Assembly (NCBI GenBank): GCA_026396275.1
Contig: JAPLXC010000002.1
Location: 10,618 to 74,617 of the forward strand
DNA from: Candidatus Moraniibacteriota bacterium
GTDB taxonomy: Bacteria; Patescibacteriota; Minisyncoccia; Moranbacterales; JAPLXC01
Length of the DNA stretch: 64,000 nucleotides
Direction: 5' to 3'
The translations under genes were made by a program, and so were the position numbers. The notes under the pieces were generated by a model. It made no database searches. It was given only the letters and a program-made list of their open reading frames with translations, and was not told the DNA's origin. Numbering within the stretch: position 1 is the first letter of the stretch; every line of letters begins with the position of its first letter. Shown here in pieces: positions 48,996-60,013 of the stretch.

Positions 48996-49493
48996 CTATA
49001 TCAAAAACTTCTTTTTACTTTCCGAAAGATTGGTAAACTCATCCGCTTTTTCGATGAGTTTGGTGCTAGCAGATTCTTTAAAAGCTATGACTTCAACTCG
49101 GCAACTGAGAGTATTTTGAATGTATTCTACTACCGGAAGATAATCTCCGTCTCCAGAAACTAGAATAATAACATCCAGATTTTTAGAAAGCTTAATCGCG
49201 TCCACCGCGATGCCAACGTCCCAGTCGCCCTTCTTTTGGCCTCCGGGGAAAATTTGAAGGTCTTTTGTTTTTACTTCAAATCCCTGTTTTGTTAACGCTT
49301 CGAAAAATTTCTCTTCCTGACCCTCGACAGTTTTTATTCCGTAGGCAATTGCCCGAATCAGTTTGCGCTCACCAACCGCTTCCTCCAGTACTTTTTTGAA
49401 GTTCACTTTTTTCCCGTGAAGCACCCGGGCGCTATAGTACATATTTTGAATGTCAACGAGAACTCCAACCCTTTGTTCTTTAAATTTGGACAT
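48996..49493 (-). CDS. NYN domain protein (LabA/DUF88)
   Basis: VD.QN.Y, K.DWDV...D, LVSGDGDY, L...ADEF. Confidence 0.92.
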   Translation of the reverse strand: MSKFKEQRVGVLVDIQNMYYSARVLHGKKVNFKKVLEEAVGERKLIRAIAYGIKTVEGQEEKFFEALTKQGFEVKTKDLQIFPGGQKKGDWDVGIAVDAIKLSKNLDVIILVSGDGDYLPVVEYIQNTLSCRVEVIAFKESASTKLIEKADEFTNLSESKKKFLI

Positions 49494-49760
49494 TTATTTT
49501 AATTCTAGTTTTTTAATTAACTTCTTATATGATTTTTCATTCGTCTTTTTTAAATACTCCATTAATTTTCTTCTTTTGGCCACCATTTTCAAAAGTCCCC
49601 GGCGGGAATGGAAATCCTTCTTATTTTTCTTGAGATGTTCAGTCAGGCGCTTGATTCTTGCGGTAAAAAGCGCAATTTGGTATTCCGGCGAGCCGGAATC
49701 TTTCTCGTGCCTTTTTACCTCTTTAGTCACTCTTTCTTTTTGCTTATGCGTTAACGCCAT
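49494..49760 (-). CDS. rpsO: 30S ribosomal protein S15
   Basis: D.GSPE.QIA..T..I..LT.HL...KD.HSRRGL. Confidence 0.97.
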   Translation of the reverse strand: MALTHKQKERVTKEVKRHEKDSGSPEYQIALFTARIKRLTEHLKKNKKDFHSRRGLLKMVAKRRKLMEYLKKTNEKSYKKLIKKLELK

Positions 49761-49837
49761 AGTTTTTGGCTAAACACTCGCTTGGGTTTCCCGAAACCAG
49801 TGTTTGCTAGTAAATTATTAGTTTCAAAAAAATCTTA

Positions 49838-50119
49838 TTATCCACCTTCTTCAGTTCTTTCTGCTGCGAACAATTTCATATGCTGTTTTTCTACTTCTGA
49901 AAGCGATTCGGTTTCTTTTATAAAACCAACCAGTGCCTCCCTTAATTTTTCGGCATAATCAGCTTCACCCTCATCGCCAATTGCCACTCCTATCTTTTCT
50001 TGGGCGTCTAGTAATTCTTCCAGAGTTTTCAATCCCCTAATGTATCTTATCATATCCTCCTTTAAAACCTCAATTTCTTTGTTTTCTTTTTGGCCTTCAA
50101 AAAATTTTGATTCATTCAT
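49838..50119 (-). CDS. Hypothetical acidic helical protein
   Basis: 93-aa ORF co-oriented between gyrA and rpsO. Confidence 0.6.
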   Translation of the reverse strand: MNESKFFEGQKENKEIEVLKEDMIRYIRGLKTLEELLDAQEKIGVAIGDEGEADYAEKLREALVGFIKETESLSEVEKQHMKLFAAERTEEGG

Positions 50120-50177
50120 AGTTTTTTAGTTGATAATTATTCGTATATTCGTACCTAATTCGTAATTCGTAGAGAAA

Positions 50178-52619
50178 TTACAGCACTGCCGCCGCCGATA
50201 TTTTGTCTCCCGCCTCTGGGCGCATAATCCGCACTCCCTGAGTGGCTCTTCCCAGCACCGATATGCTTTTGAGAGGAATTCTGATTATCTGGCCTTTTTC
50301 CGAAGTAATAATCATATCTCCTTCAATGTCATCTACGTTAGCTATGTTAGCCCCGACTAGTTTTCCGGTCTTGGTAGTAACTTTAGCGGTTTTGATTCCC
50401 GAGCCGCCCCGGCGCTGGACCTTATAAGATCTGAGATCTGTTCTTTTGCCAAATCCGTTCTCACTGATTATCAGAAGTTGATTCCCTTTTTGCCCTTTAA
50501 GTACCGCGTTCATGCCGACGACTAAATCATCCTTTCTTAATTTAATTCCCCGTACTCCGGAAGCATTTCGCCCCATTGGCCGCACATCCGATTCTTTAAA
50601 GTGAATAGCTTGGCCGTGAGAGGTGGTAATGACAATTTCATCCGTTCCGGTCGTTGCCTTTACCCACCCCAGCGTGTCTTGTTTTTCGAGTTTGATAGCA
50701 ATAAGCCCACTGCGGCGTACATTGTCAAAATCGGAGAGGTGGATCTTTTTAACAATGCCGTGCTCGGTGGTCATAAAGAAATATTTGTAATTGTCGCTTT
50801 TGCTATAGGGGATCATTTCGGTTATTTTTTCATCCGAAGCAAGCTGCAAAAAGTTCACGATCGCCTGGCCCTTGGCTGTTCGTGTTGATTCCGGAATCTC
50901 GTATGCTTTGGTTTGATACACTTTTCCGGTATTGGTAAAAAACATTAAGTTATCGTGAGTCATCACACTGGTAACCTGTTCGATGACATCTCCTTCTTTG
51001 GTGGTGGCTCCAATCACTCCTTTTCCGCCGCGTTTTTGCACCCGGTACGCGCCCGGATTCATTCGCTTGATATAGCCATCCTGGCTCAAAGTAATAATCG
51101 CTTCATCATTGGCTATCAGATCTTCCTGCTTGAACTCGCCGATTCCCGAGCGAACCACCTTTGTTTTTCGCTCGTCGCCGTATTTTTCCTGAATTTCCCC
51201 TAGCTCCTTTTTTATGGTCTCCGAGATTTTTTTCGGGCTTTTAAGAAGTGCCTCCAATTGGACAATGAGCTGTTTCTTTTCTTTGAGCTCATCGTCTATT
51301 TTGCGACGCTCCAGCCCAGCCAGTGTTTGAAGTTTCATTTCCAAAATGGCCGTTGCTTGCTGATCAGAAAAACGGAATCGCTTAATCAAATTCTGGTGGG
51401 CTATTTCCCGGGTAGCTGATTTTTTGATGGTGCTAATAATAGCATCAATATGATCCAGCGCCTTTTTTAGTCCTTCTAAAATGTGAGCGCGTTCCTTGGC
51501 TCGAGTCAGGTCAAATTTGACTCGACGGGTTATTACAATCCGGCGGTGATCAATGAAAAAGGAGAGAATCGATTTCAGGTTAATCACTCTTGGTTCAATT
51601 CCCTCAACCAGCGCCAGCATATTGACGTTAAAATTTTTCTGAAGATCAGTGTTTGAATAAAGCGAATTCAGCACTTTTTGAGGATAAGCATCTTTTTTCA
51701 GATCAACCACGATTCTCACTCCTTCTTTGCCGGACTCGTCGCGAATGTCTTTAATTCCCTGAATTTTTCCGTCTTTTGTTAACTGGGCAATTTTTTCTAT
51801 TAGGACTGATTTATTAGTAGCATAAGTTATTTCACTGACAATGATCTGGAAACTCCCTACTTTTGTTTCGGTAATTTCAGCCTTGGCCCGGGTAATGATT
51901 TTTCCTCTTCCAGTAGAATAGGCCTCTTTAATATCTTTAGCGTTGTAAATTATTCCCCCGGTGGGGAAATCAGGTCCCTGAATGAATTTCATCAGTTCCT
52001 CGGTGCCGGCTTCCGGATTATCAATAAGGTAAATCAAAGCGCTTACGACTTCAGAAAGATTGTGGGGAGGAATGCTGGTTGCCATTCCCACCGCGATTCC
52101 CATCGTTCCATTAAGAATGAGCTGGGGAATTTTAGCCGGAAGAACTACCGGCTCCTGATGAACGCCGTCAAAATTGGGGACAAAATCAACTGTCTCTCTT
52201 TCAATGTCAGAAAGTATTTCCTCGGCAATGGGCGCAAGCTTTGCTTCAGTGTAGCGGTAGGCGGCGGCGCTGTCTCCGTCCAGAGACCCAAAGTTTCCCT
52301 GTCCCCAGACTAGCGGGTAGCGCATATTGAAATCCTGGGACAGGCGGACCATTGAATCGTAAACGGCCACGTCTCCGTGAGGGTGGTATTTCCCAATAAC
52401 TTCTCCCACAACGGTAGCGGATTTTCGGAATTTAGCTCCCGGCCGGAGGCCGCTGTTCCACATGGAATAAAGAATGCGGCGATGAACCGGTTTCATCCCA
52501 TCGCGGACATCCGGCAGGGCGCGCGAAACAATTACGCTCATGGCGTAATCCAAATATGATTGCTGAATTTCTTCAGTTATCTCTCTGGGATGGATGGTTT
52601 CCTTTTTCTTCTGTTCCAT
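50178..52619 (-). CDS. gyrA: DNA gyrase subunit A
   Basis: [33 protein letters not shown]; GyrA box QKRGGKG. Confidence 0.97.
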   Translation of the reverse strand: MEQKKKETIHPREITEEIQQSYLDYAMSVIVSRALPDVRDGMKPVHRRILYSMWNSGLRPGAKFRKSATVVGEVIGKYHPHGDVAVYDSMVRLSQDFNMRYPLVWGQGNFGSLDGDSAAAYRYTEAKLAPIAEEILSDIERETVDFVPNFDGVHQEPVVLPAKIPQLILNGTMGIAVGMATSIPPHNLSEVVSALIYLIDNPEAGTEELMKFIQGPDFPTGGIIYNAKDIKEAYSTGRGKIITRAKAEITETKVGSFQIIVSEITYATNKSVLIEKIAQLTKDGKIQGIKDIRDESGKEGVRIVVDLKKDAYPQKVLNSLYSNTDLQKNFNVNMLALVEGIEPRVINLKSILSFFIDHRRIVITRRVKFDLTRAKERAHILEGLKKALDHIDAIISTIKKSATREIAHQNLIKRFRFSDQQATAILEMKLQTLAGLERRKIDDELKEKKQLIVQLEALLKSPKKISETIKKELGEIQEKYGDERKTKVVRSGIGEFKQEDLIANDEAIITLSQDGYIKRMNPGAYRVQKRGGKGVIGATTKEGDVIEQVTSVMTHDNLMFFTNTGKVYQTKAYEIPESTRTAKGQAIVNFLQLASDEKITEMIPYSKSDNYKYFFMTTEHGIVKKIHLSDFDNVRRSGLIAIKLEKQDTLGWVKATTGTDEIVITTSHGQAIHFKESDVRPMGRNASGVRGIKLRKDDLVVGMNAVLKGQKGNQLLIISENGFGKRTDLRSYKVQRRGGSGIKTAKVTTKTGKLVGANIANVDDIEGDMIITSEKGQIIRIPLKSISVLGRATQGVRIMRPEAGDKISAAAVL

Positions 52620-52649
52620 AAACTTTAATTAGGAAAAAGTATTGGCGTC

Positions 52650-52958
52650 TTAATTTTCAGGCGCCAATTCTGGCTGAGTAATTGTTCCTTCCTCTGAGGC
52701 ATTTTGCTGAAGGTCACCTTCGGATTCTCCGATAAAATCTTGAAGCGAAGGCAGCTCCTCCCGGACATTATTCCAGTCGCTCTGGAGACCGGAAGAATTT
52801 TTTTCTTCAGGCATCGCGTTTTTGAAGGATTCCTGGAGGGAAAAAATCCAGATGATAATAATAAAAACCATAACAATCACCACGCCGCCCAGGACATAGC
52901 GCATCCGAATATGCTCAGGTTGACGGCGGATATTTTCAATTTTGTCAGAAATAGACAT
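52650..52958 (-). CDS. Hypothetical single-TM protein
   Basis: E..R.QPE..R.R followed by a TM helix. Confidence 0.7.
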   Translation of the reverse strand: MSISDKIENIRRQPEHIRMRYVLGGVVIVMVFIIIIWIFSLQESFKNAMPEEKNSSGLQSDWNNVREELPSLQDFIGESEGDLQQNASEEGTITQPELAPEN

Positions 52959-53088
52959 TAGAATAAAATCTTTACGAATTACGAATCTAGTACTAATATA
53001 CGAATTTTTTTAACCAAAAATTAAGTGAAGCAATTAAACTTATCTTTGGATATTGGTATATTCGTATTAAATTAGTAATTAGTAAAGA

Positions 53089-53748
53089 TTACTCCACACT
53101 CATTATCACCACTTCCATACTTTTCTCTTCCAAATCCCTTTTCTTAAAAGACAGTTTATTTGATTTTTGGCTGGGGCAATTTCCCATTTCAGCGCAGAAT
53201 TTCTTTTCGTCAGCGATATCAATGGCCGAACCCTTGATTTTGTAGTGCATCGGAATAACAATTGCTGGCTCAATTTTTCTTACCAACTCTGCCGCTTTTT
53301 TGCCATCAAGAGTGATTTTGCCACCCACTGGAATAAACAAGACATCTATTCCGTCAATTTCTTCAAGCTGTTCCGAAGTAAGATCGGTTCCCAAGTCCCC
53401 CAAGTGGCAGATTTTCATTTCTTCCGATTCAATAACAAAAACAGTACTGTGTCCTCTTTCCTCTCCTCCCTTTTCATCATGAAATGTGTCTATCCCAACA
53501 GCGTTTATGCCTCTGGCTGAATACTCCCCCGGAAGATCAATAACAAGCGGGCCATTCTTAAGTGCAGAAGTATTGTTATGATCGTAATGATCATGGGATA
53601 CAAAAACAATATCCGCGTGCCCCTGAGGTGACCGCAGTCCAATGGAGCGATCAAAAGGGTCGGTAAAAATGACCACATCTTCAGTGGCTCTTCCTGCTGG
53701 TTTGGTTGTTATTTTAAAACAAGAATGGCCGTAATATTGGATATTCAC
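53089..53748 (-). CDS. MBL-fold metallo-hydrolase
   Basis: YYGHSCF, DPF, SHDHYDHN, PGEY, HLGDL, IPMHY; probable GTG start at 53748. Confidence 0.9.
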   Translation of the reverse strand: MNIQYYGHSCFKITTKPAGRATEDVVIFTDPFDRSIGLRSPQGHADIVFVSHDHYDHNNTSALKNGPLVIDLPGEYSARGINAVGIDTFHDEKGGEERGHSTVFVIESEEMKICHLGDLGTDLTSEQLEEIDGIDVLFIPVGGKITLDGKKAAELVRKIEPAIVIPMHYKIKGSAIDIADEKKFCAEMGNCPSQKSNKLSFKKRDLEEKSMEVVIMSVE

Positions 53749-54068
53749 GATTTCTTTACGAATTACCTGCCTGCCGGCAGGCAGGCGAATAACGTACAAA
53801 TATACGAATTATTAATTTATTCTTAATTAATATACATAAGCAGTTTATCACAAAAAAACTGTTTTGTCGAAACGGCTCTTGCCAAAAATAGGTAATTAAT
53901 ATATGATTCTCTCTAGTAGTAATTATTAAGAAAATTGAATAGAGGATAAATTAAGATCCTCATTTTTCTTAATAATTTCCTTTATTTTAAGGGAAATTTT
54001 TGTTTTATATCTCGCCCTCTTAATTATTGACTTAATAGTTAGTGTCGGCGTTGATATTTTTTAGATTT

Positions 54069-55409
54069 ATGAAAAAAGACAATAAAAAAAGCAAAGATAT
54101 TTTAGACAAACTGGCGGAAGAAGTTGACAGAATTCCAGAAGAAAAATCCGCCTTGCCGGAGCAAAAGGAGAGCAAAACAGCTGAGGTGTCTGAAGCAAGC
54201 GGCTCACCGATGGGCGATCTTTTGGAAAAGTATCCCATAAGAATTCCCAAAATTAGCGATGTTCTTGAGGGAAAAGTAATTGAGGTATCGTCCAATCACA
54301 TTTTGCTTGATCTTGGACCGCTGGGGACTGGGATTGTGCTGGGAAAAGAAGTTAAGGATGGCTTAAGCGTGACCTCTAAACTGAAAAAAGGGAATGTTGT
54401 TAGCGCGACGCTTACGGATCTTGAGAATGAAGACGGGTTTCTTGAGCTTTCCATCCGGGAGGCCTCTTATGAACGGGCTTGGGATGATCTTGAATCCAAG
54501 CGTGACACCCAGGAAATTATCATTACGAAAATACTCGATGCCAATAAAGGAGGATTGATGGCGGAGGTAAACGGCATTGCCGGGTTTCTTCCGGTGTCAC
54601 AGCTTTCCAGCGAGCACTATCCTCGAGTTGAGGATGGCGACAAAAATAAAATACTGGAATTGCTCAAAAAACTTATAGGAGAAGAAATGCAAGTGAGGAT
54701 TATTGATGCCGATCGCGAGGCGGAAAAATTAATTGTAAGCGAAAAAGCGGCATTAAGCGAAAAAGAGCATGAGGTAATTTCTCAACTCAAAGTAGGCGAT
54801 GTAATTTCCGGAGAAGTCAGTGGCGTGGTTGATTTCGGTGCTTTTGTGAAATTTCTTCCCCCCTCTAAAAAGGACTCTGAAAATGAAAAAGATAAATTAG
54901 AAGGGCTGGTTCATATTTCGGAGCTGGCCTGGCAGCTTATTGACAATCCCCGGGAAATTGTCAAAACCAGCGATCAGGTAGAAGCCCAGATTATCGGAAT
55001 TGACAATACCCGGATTTCTCTTTCCCTCAAAGCGCTCAAAAAAGATCCCTGGAGCGAGATCGAAAAGAAATACAAAGCGGGAGATGTGGTTAAGGGCAAA
55101 GTGGACAAAATAAATCCTTTCGGGGCATTTGTTTATCTTGACAAGGACATCCATGGCTTGGCTCACATCAGTGAATTCCGGGAAGCCGTCCCCGACAAAA
55201 AAATGGAGGAAGTCCTCAAAACCGGCGAGAGCTACAGCTGGAAAATTCTTTCTATTGAACCCAAAGAGCATCGAATGGGGTTGATGTTTATAAAGGATGA
55301 AGAAAAAAAGCCGGTTGATAAAAAATCAGAAGAATTAACTAAAAAAGCAGAAAAGAAAAGTAAAGAGAAAAAGGAAAAGAAAGAAAAGGATAAGGACAAA
55401 AAAGAGTAA
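54069..55409 (+). CDS. rpsA: S1 RNA-binding domain protein (ribosomal protein S1-like)
   Basis: Four S1 repeats (NKGGL, GFLP.SQ, FGAFV, GL.HISE). Confidence 0.85.
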   Translation: MKKDNKKSKDILDKLAEEVDRIPEEKSALPEQKESKTAEVSEASGSPMGDLLEKYPIRIPKISDVLEGKVIEVSSNHILLDLGPLGTGIVLGKEVKDGLSVTSKLKKGNVVSATLTDLENEDGFLELSIREASYERAWDDLESKRDTQEIIITKILDANKGGLMAEVNGIAGFLPVSQLSSEHYPRVEDGDKNKILELLKKLIGEEMQVRIIDADREAEKLIVSEKAALSEKEHEVISQLKVGDVISGEVSGVVDFGAFVKFLPPSKKDSENEKDKLEGLVHISELAWQLIDNPREIVKTSDQVEAQIIGIDNTRISLSLKALKKDPWSEIEKKYKAGDVVKGKVDKINPFGAFVYLDKDIHGLAHISEFREAVPDKKMEEVLKTGESYSWKILSIEPKEHRMGLMFIKDEEKKPVDKKSEELTKKAEKKSKEKKEKKEKDKDKKE

Positions 55410-55418
55410 AAATTCTGC

Positions 55419-55444
55419 AAAAATGGACGCCGGCGTCCATTTTT
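55419..55444. terminator. Palindromic terminator
   Basis: AAAAATGGACGCCGGCGTCCATTTTT, a perfect 26-bp palindrome. Confidence 0.7.
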
Positions 55445-55488
55445 GGTTATAATATAGTAAATAGCTAAACCTAAGCCACAAAACCATT

Positions 55489-56133
55489 ATGGAAAAATAT
55501 TCTTACGAAAAAGCTTATGAAGAAGCCGCGAAAATGCAGGAAAAAATAAAGAAAGACGAAGCGAGAAATTATTATGATGCCGAGAGACTTGTAGAAAAGG
55601 AAGATGAAGAAAAAGCAAGGCTCAAAAAATATGAGAAAAGCTTTGGTAACGAAGCAGAAATGATTATTGCGGAACTATTGAAGGAAGCTCCATTTATCAA
55701 GTCGGCAGAATTAGGAACAGACAATGAGGATAAAAAGGGTAAGTCGGACGTCTGGTTCAATTTTAGGGGAGACGAAATAACAGATCCAACAGCGCTTCAG
55801 CTTACCACATCAAGCAACCCCGAAAAAGTATCAAGTAAAAGAGAAAAATTACCACCTTTTGCAAAAAAAGAATACAGAAACGATGCTCAGATCAAATTTG
55901 ATAAAAAAGCCGATCTGGTTTTTGTTCATTGCGACAAGATTTATCTGGGAAGAAAATGGAATGAATATCTGGAGAAGAAAAAAGAAAATTCAAATACAAC
56001 CCTAACAAGTGTTTTAGGAAAAAAATTTGTAATTGATATTTTTTTACAAATTCTAAATGGGCTAGGAAAAACAAATCCTCCCAAAAAGACAATGCTTTTA
56101 AATTTTTTGAAAGAGTTTGAAAATTCTTTATAA
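55489..56133 (+). CDS. Hypothetical protein, possible PD-(D/E)xK-like fold
   Basis: G..AE, ED..GK.D.W, ALQLT. Confidence 0.65.
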   Translation: MEKYSYEKAYEEAAKMQEKIKKDEARNYYDAERLVEKEDEEKARLKKYEKSFGNEAEMIIAELLKEAPFIKSAELGTDNEDKKGKSDVWFNFRGDEITDPTALQLTTSSNPEKVSSKREKLPPFAKKEYRNDAQIKFDKKADLVFVHCDKIYLGRKWNEYLEKKKENSNTTLTSVLGKKFVIDIFLQILNGLGKTNPPKKTMLLNFLKEFENSL

Positions 56134-56168
56134 AAAACAAAAGAGCTGAAGATTATTATTCTCCAGCT

Positions 56169-56351
56169 CTATGCAACACCAGCCAGCCCTTTTTCTCTTA
56201 CGAAATTTAAAGTAAATACTGCAGAACCCTTAATTGTAAGAACATGAAACTCTCCATCCTTATATTCAACAGAAATAATTTTCGGGCTTTTTAAAAGGTA
56301 ACTAATAACCTCTTCTTTAGTTACTTCTCTGTTATTTTTATTTTTGGACAT
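56169..56351 (-). CDS. Small hypothetical protein
   Basis: AAGGAGG SD; 60 aa. Confidence 0.6.
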   Translation of the reverse strand: MSKNKNNREVTKEEVISYLLKSPKIISVEYKDGEFHVLTIKGSAVFTLNFVREKGLAGVA

Positions 56352-56407
56352 TTTCCCTCCTTTCGCAGTCGTTGTGCGAGTTCATAATTTAGCACGGGTA
56401 TAAAAAT

Positions 56408-56986
56408 ATGTCAACAACCGGTAAAAAACTCAACCTTTTCATCATCTCCGGTCCCTCCGGTGCCGGCGAGGACTCTATAATTTCCGGACTCAAGAAATAT
56501 TTTCCCATTGAGCGGGTAATAACTACCGCCACGCGCTTGATGCGTCCCGGCGAATCCCAGAGTAAACCTTATTATTTCATTTCCCGGGATGAGTTTCAGA
56601 AAAAAATAGGAAAAGGGGACTTTATTGAATATGCCAAGGAGTATAACAATAATTTTTATGGGACAGAAAAAAAGGAGCTGGAAAGGGTCAAAAATTCCGG
56701 AAGAGTTGGAATCTGGAAAATTGAATATCAAGGAGTAATTACCGCCAAAAATCTTTTCCCGGAAATCCCGGTGATTTTTATTACAGTTTCCAATCTCAAA
56801 ATCCTCGAAGACCGCATCCGCCGCCGCGACGGGGTTTCGGAGGAATATATTAAGGAACGGATGGAATATACTAAGCAGTGGATGAAGCACAAAGATATTT
56901 ATGATTACAAAGTGGTAAATGAAGAAGGAAAACTGGACGAAGCCATTGCTCAAACCGCCGAGATTATCAAAAATCATGTCAAATAA
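56408..56986 (+). CDS. gmk: Guanylate kinase
   Basis: ISGPSGAG, TR.MRPGE....YYF, FIE.A..Y...YGT. Confidence 0.93.
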   Translation: MSTTGKKLNLFIISGPSGAGEDSIISGLKKYFPIERVITTATRLMRPGESQSKPYYFISRDEFQKKIGKGDFIEYAKEYNNNFYGTEKKELERVKNSGRVGIWKIEYQGVITAKNLFPEIPVIFITVSNLKILEDRIRRRDGVSEEYIKERMEYTKQWMKHKDIYDYKVVNEEGKLDEAIAQTAEIIKNHVK

Positions 56987-57079
56987 ACCATCCTCCTTAT
57001 TAGTCGGTAACAATTCAGCTTACTTTTCTAGCGATCGCTAGAAATTTAAACTGGAAATCATTTCTTATAACCGAAATTA

Positions 57080-58033
57080 ATGAGCAAGAATCTAATTAAA
57101 AAATTCCAAAATATCTCCCATCAATATGATCTTTGGCAAAAAGGATCAAAGATTGTCTTGGGTGTTTCAGGCGGGCCGGATTCGGTGGCGATGTTTGATA
57201 TTTTTGCGAAGTTAGCGCCGAAATATAATCTTAAATTAATTATTGCCCATGTGAATTATGGTTTGAGGGGGAAAGATAGTGATTTAGACCAGAAATTGGT
57301 AGAGAAATATGCTTTGCGGAATGAGTTAAGATTAGTTGTTTATAAGCCGGTTATTAAGGGAAAACACAGTGAAGAAATATTTAGGAATATCCGGTATAAC
57401 TTCTTTGAGAAAATCCGGAAGGATAATAATTTTGACTTAGTTGCTGTTGGTCATACGCTCGACGATCAGGCGGAAACTTATCTTATGAGAATTATCAGAG
57501 GCTCGGGACTGGCGGGATTAGCTTCTATGAAATTTAAGAAAGGCAACATTATCCGCCCGCTTTTAGGAATTACCAAGAAGGAAATTTTAGAATATCTTAA
57601 GGGAAATAAGTTAAACTACCGAACCGACAAAACCAACAAAGAAATCCCATTTTTGCGAAATAAAATCAGAAACGAATTAATCCCGCTTCTGGAAAAAAAG
57701 TATAATCCCAGTATAAAAGAAACTTTGTATAAATCTTCTCTCAACATTGCCGAGGATTATGATTTGATTTCTCAAATGGCGGAAGGATATTATAAAAAGC
57801 ATAGAAATTTAAAAATCAGCGAAATCTTGAAACTTCATCCCGCCCTGCAAAAAAGAGTAATTCTGGAAGCTATCAAAAAAGAAAAAAAAAGCTTAAAAGA
57901 CATAGAAAAAACCCACTTGGACGAAATTATTAAAGTTGCCAAGAGCAATAAAAGTAAATCCCAAATAGTATTACTTAAGGGCTTGAAAATTACTAGAATT
58001 GGTGATAAGCTAACCATTAATCGTTTAACTTGA
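57080..58033 (+). CDS. tilS: tRNA(Ile)-lysidine synthetase
   Basis: GVSGGPDS, AHVNYGLR, R..RY, H..DDQAET, IRPLL, RN.IR. Confidence 0.96.
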   Translation: MSKNLIKKFQNISHQYDLWQKGSKIVLGVSGGPDSVAMFDIFAKLAPKYNLKLIIAHVNYGLRGKDSDLDQKLVEKYALRNELRLVVYKPVIKGKHSEEIFRNIRYNFFEKIRKDNNFDLVAVGHTLDDQAETYLMRIIRGSGLAGLASMKFKKGNIIRPLLGITKKEILEYLKGNKLNYRTDKTNKEIPFLRNKIRNELIPLLEKKYNPSIKETLYKSSLNIAEDYDLISQMAEGYYKKHRNLKISEILKLHPALQKRVILEAIKKEKKSLKDIEKTHLDEIIKVAKSNKSKSQIVLLKGLKITRIGDKLTINRLT

Positions 58034-58112
58034 GAATTCCTAATTCGTACATTTCCGCCAAAGAGAATCCATCTTTGGCGAGCGTCACGAAATTTGTAAT
58101 TCTTATACGAGT

Positions 58113-59993
58113 GTGAATAAATTACTCAAAAACATTATCTCTATTATTCTTGTCTTCCTTTTTGTTTCGGGACTCTTGATTCTTTATAGCACTCCGGCCC
58201 AAAAACCGGCCAATGTCGCTTTGAGCGATCTGGTTAACCAGATCAATGACGGTAAAGTAAAAAGCATTACTGTTGACGGAAGCAAACTGAATATCGAACT
58301 TCAGGACGGGACCAAAGAACAAGCTACCAAGGAATCAGAAGCATCGCTCACGGAATCGCTGGCTAACTACGGAGTCGATAAAGAAAAGCTCAAGGGAGTG
58401 GAAATAAAAGTGAAGGAGGTCTCTTCATTGGCCTTCTGGGCTGGTGCCATTTTGCCTTTTATCCTCCCTTTTATTCTTATCGGCGCTTTTATCTGGTTTA
58501 TGATGCGCCAGGCACAAAGGGGAAATACCCAGGCCCTTTCTTTTGGAATGAGCCGAGCGCGGATGATTGATCCCAAAGACAAAAAGAAACGGGTGACCTT
58601 TGCTGATGTAGCTGGCGCCCAGGAAGCCAAGGAAGAACTAAAGGAAATCGTTGACTTTCTTAAAAATCCCAAAAGGTTCTTGACCATCGGAGCACGGATT
58701 CCTAAAGGCGTGCTGCTTTTAGGACCGCCGGGAACAGGCAAAACCCTAATGGCTAAAGCCGTGGCCGGGGAAGCCGGAGTGCCATTTTTCAATATCAGCG
58801 GTTCGGAGTTCGTAGAAATGTTCGTGGGAGTAGGGGCAAGCAGGGTAAGAGATCTTTTCAAGCAAGCCAAGAAAAATGCTCCCTCCATCGTGTTTATCGA
58901 TGAAATTGACGCGGTAGGAAGACACCGAGGAGCCGGACTGGGCGGAGGCCATGATGAGCGAGAGCAAACGCTCAATCAAATTTTGGTGGAGATGGACGGA
59001 TTTGAGACCGACACCAGCGTCATCGTTGTGGCGGCCACCAACCGACCGGATGTTCTGGATCCGGCACTCCTGCGGCCTGGGCGTTTTGACCGGCGGGTAA
59101 TTCTGGACCTTCCCGATATTTCCGAACGAGAGGAAATACTCAAAATCCACACGGCTAATAAAACTCTGGAAAAAGGAGCAAATCTGCGCATTTTAGCCGA
59201 GCGCACACCGGGCTTTTCCGGGGCGGATTTATCTAATTTGGTGAATGAAGCGGCCATTCTTTCTGTTCGTCGTGGAAAAAAACAAATCGGAATGGAGGAA
59301 CTGGCTGAATCAATTGAAAAAGTAATTCTGGGGCCGGAGCGCCGCAGTAGAGTCATCAACAAAAAAGAGAAAGAAATTATCGCCTATCATGAAGCCGGAC
59401 ATGCTTTGGTTGCCTCCAATCTTCCCAATGCTGACCCGGTACAAAAAGTGTCCATAATTTCGCGCGGCCAGGCCGGGGGCTATACTCTCGCAGTTCCGGT
59501 AGAAGATAAGCGGCTTTATTCCCGCGCCTACTTTGCCGATGAACTAGCAACCCTTCTGGGAGGATATGTTAGTGAGCAGTTGACTTTCGGGGATGTGACC
59601 ACCGGAGCGGCCAATGATTTGGAACGGGCAACGCATCTGGCCAGAAACTTAGTAACTCGCTATGGAATGAGTCGGCTGGGACCAAGAACCTTTGGCAAAA
59701 AAGAAGAATTGGTGTTTCTCGGAAAAGAACTGGGCGAGGAAAGGGACTACTCCGAATTCACAGCCCAGGAAATCGACAAGGAGGTTTCCCGGCTGATTGA
59801 TGATGCCCAAAAAACCGCCGACAGAATTATCAAAGAAAAGAAAGATGTTTTGGAAAAAATCGTGAAAGTTCTGCTTGAGAAAGAGACAATTGAGAAGGAT
59901 GAATTTTCCGAATTAGTTAGCAAAAAGAGTCCTGAAAAAGTTGAAGAAGTAAAAGCACAGCCACCGGAAGGACAAAAAATCAAAATGAATTAG
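58113..59993 (+). CDS. ftsH: ATP-dependent zinc metalloprotease FtsH
   Basis: Two TM helices, [26 protein letters not shown]. Confidence 0.98.
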   Translation: MNKLLKNIISIILVFLFVSGLLILYSTPAQKPANVALSDLVNQINDGKVKSITVDGSKLNIELQDGTKEQATKESEASLTESLANYGVDKEKLKGVEIKVKEVSSLAFWAGAILPFILPFILIGAFIWFMMRQAQRGNTQALSFGMSRARMIDPKDKKKRVTFADVAGAQEAKEELKEIVDFLKNPKRFLTIGARIPKGVLLLGPPGTGKTLMAKAVAGEAGVPFFNISGSEFVEMFVGVGASRVRDLFKQAKKNAPSIVFIDEIDAVGRHRGAGLGGGHDEREQTLNQILVEMDGFETDTSVIVVAATNRPDVLDPALLRPGRFDRRVILDLPDISEREEILKIHTANKTLEKGANLRILAERTPGFSGADLSNLVNEAAILSVRRGKKQIGMEELAESIEKVILGPERRSRVINKKEKEIIAYHEAGHALVASNLPNADPVQKVSIISRGQAGGYTLAVPVEDKRLYSRAYFADELATLLGGYVSEQLTFGDVTTGAANDLERATHLARNLVTRYGMSRLGPRTFGKKEELVFLGKELGEERDYSEFTAQEIDKEVSRLIDDAQKTADRIIKEKKDVLEKIVKVLLEKETIEKDEFSELVSKKSPEKVEEVKAQPPEGQKIKMN

Positions 59994-60013
59994 AAAAATT
60001 TAAAAGCAGGACC

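Noticed and set aside
53749-53799. N-terminal extension MYVIRLPAGRQVIRKEI; also MTRDLIF (12849) and MTYY (33332)
   Set aside because: These are translations of repeat elements upstream of the true starts.
57025-57044. Perfect 20-bp palindrome TTTCTAGCGATCGCTAGAAA
   Set aside because: It is a single copy with no family membership. It could be a weak terminator or operator but cannot be supported further.
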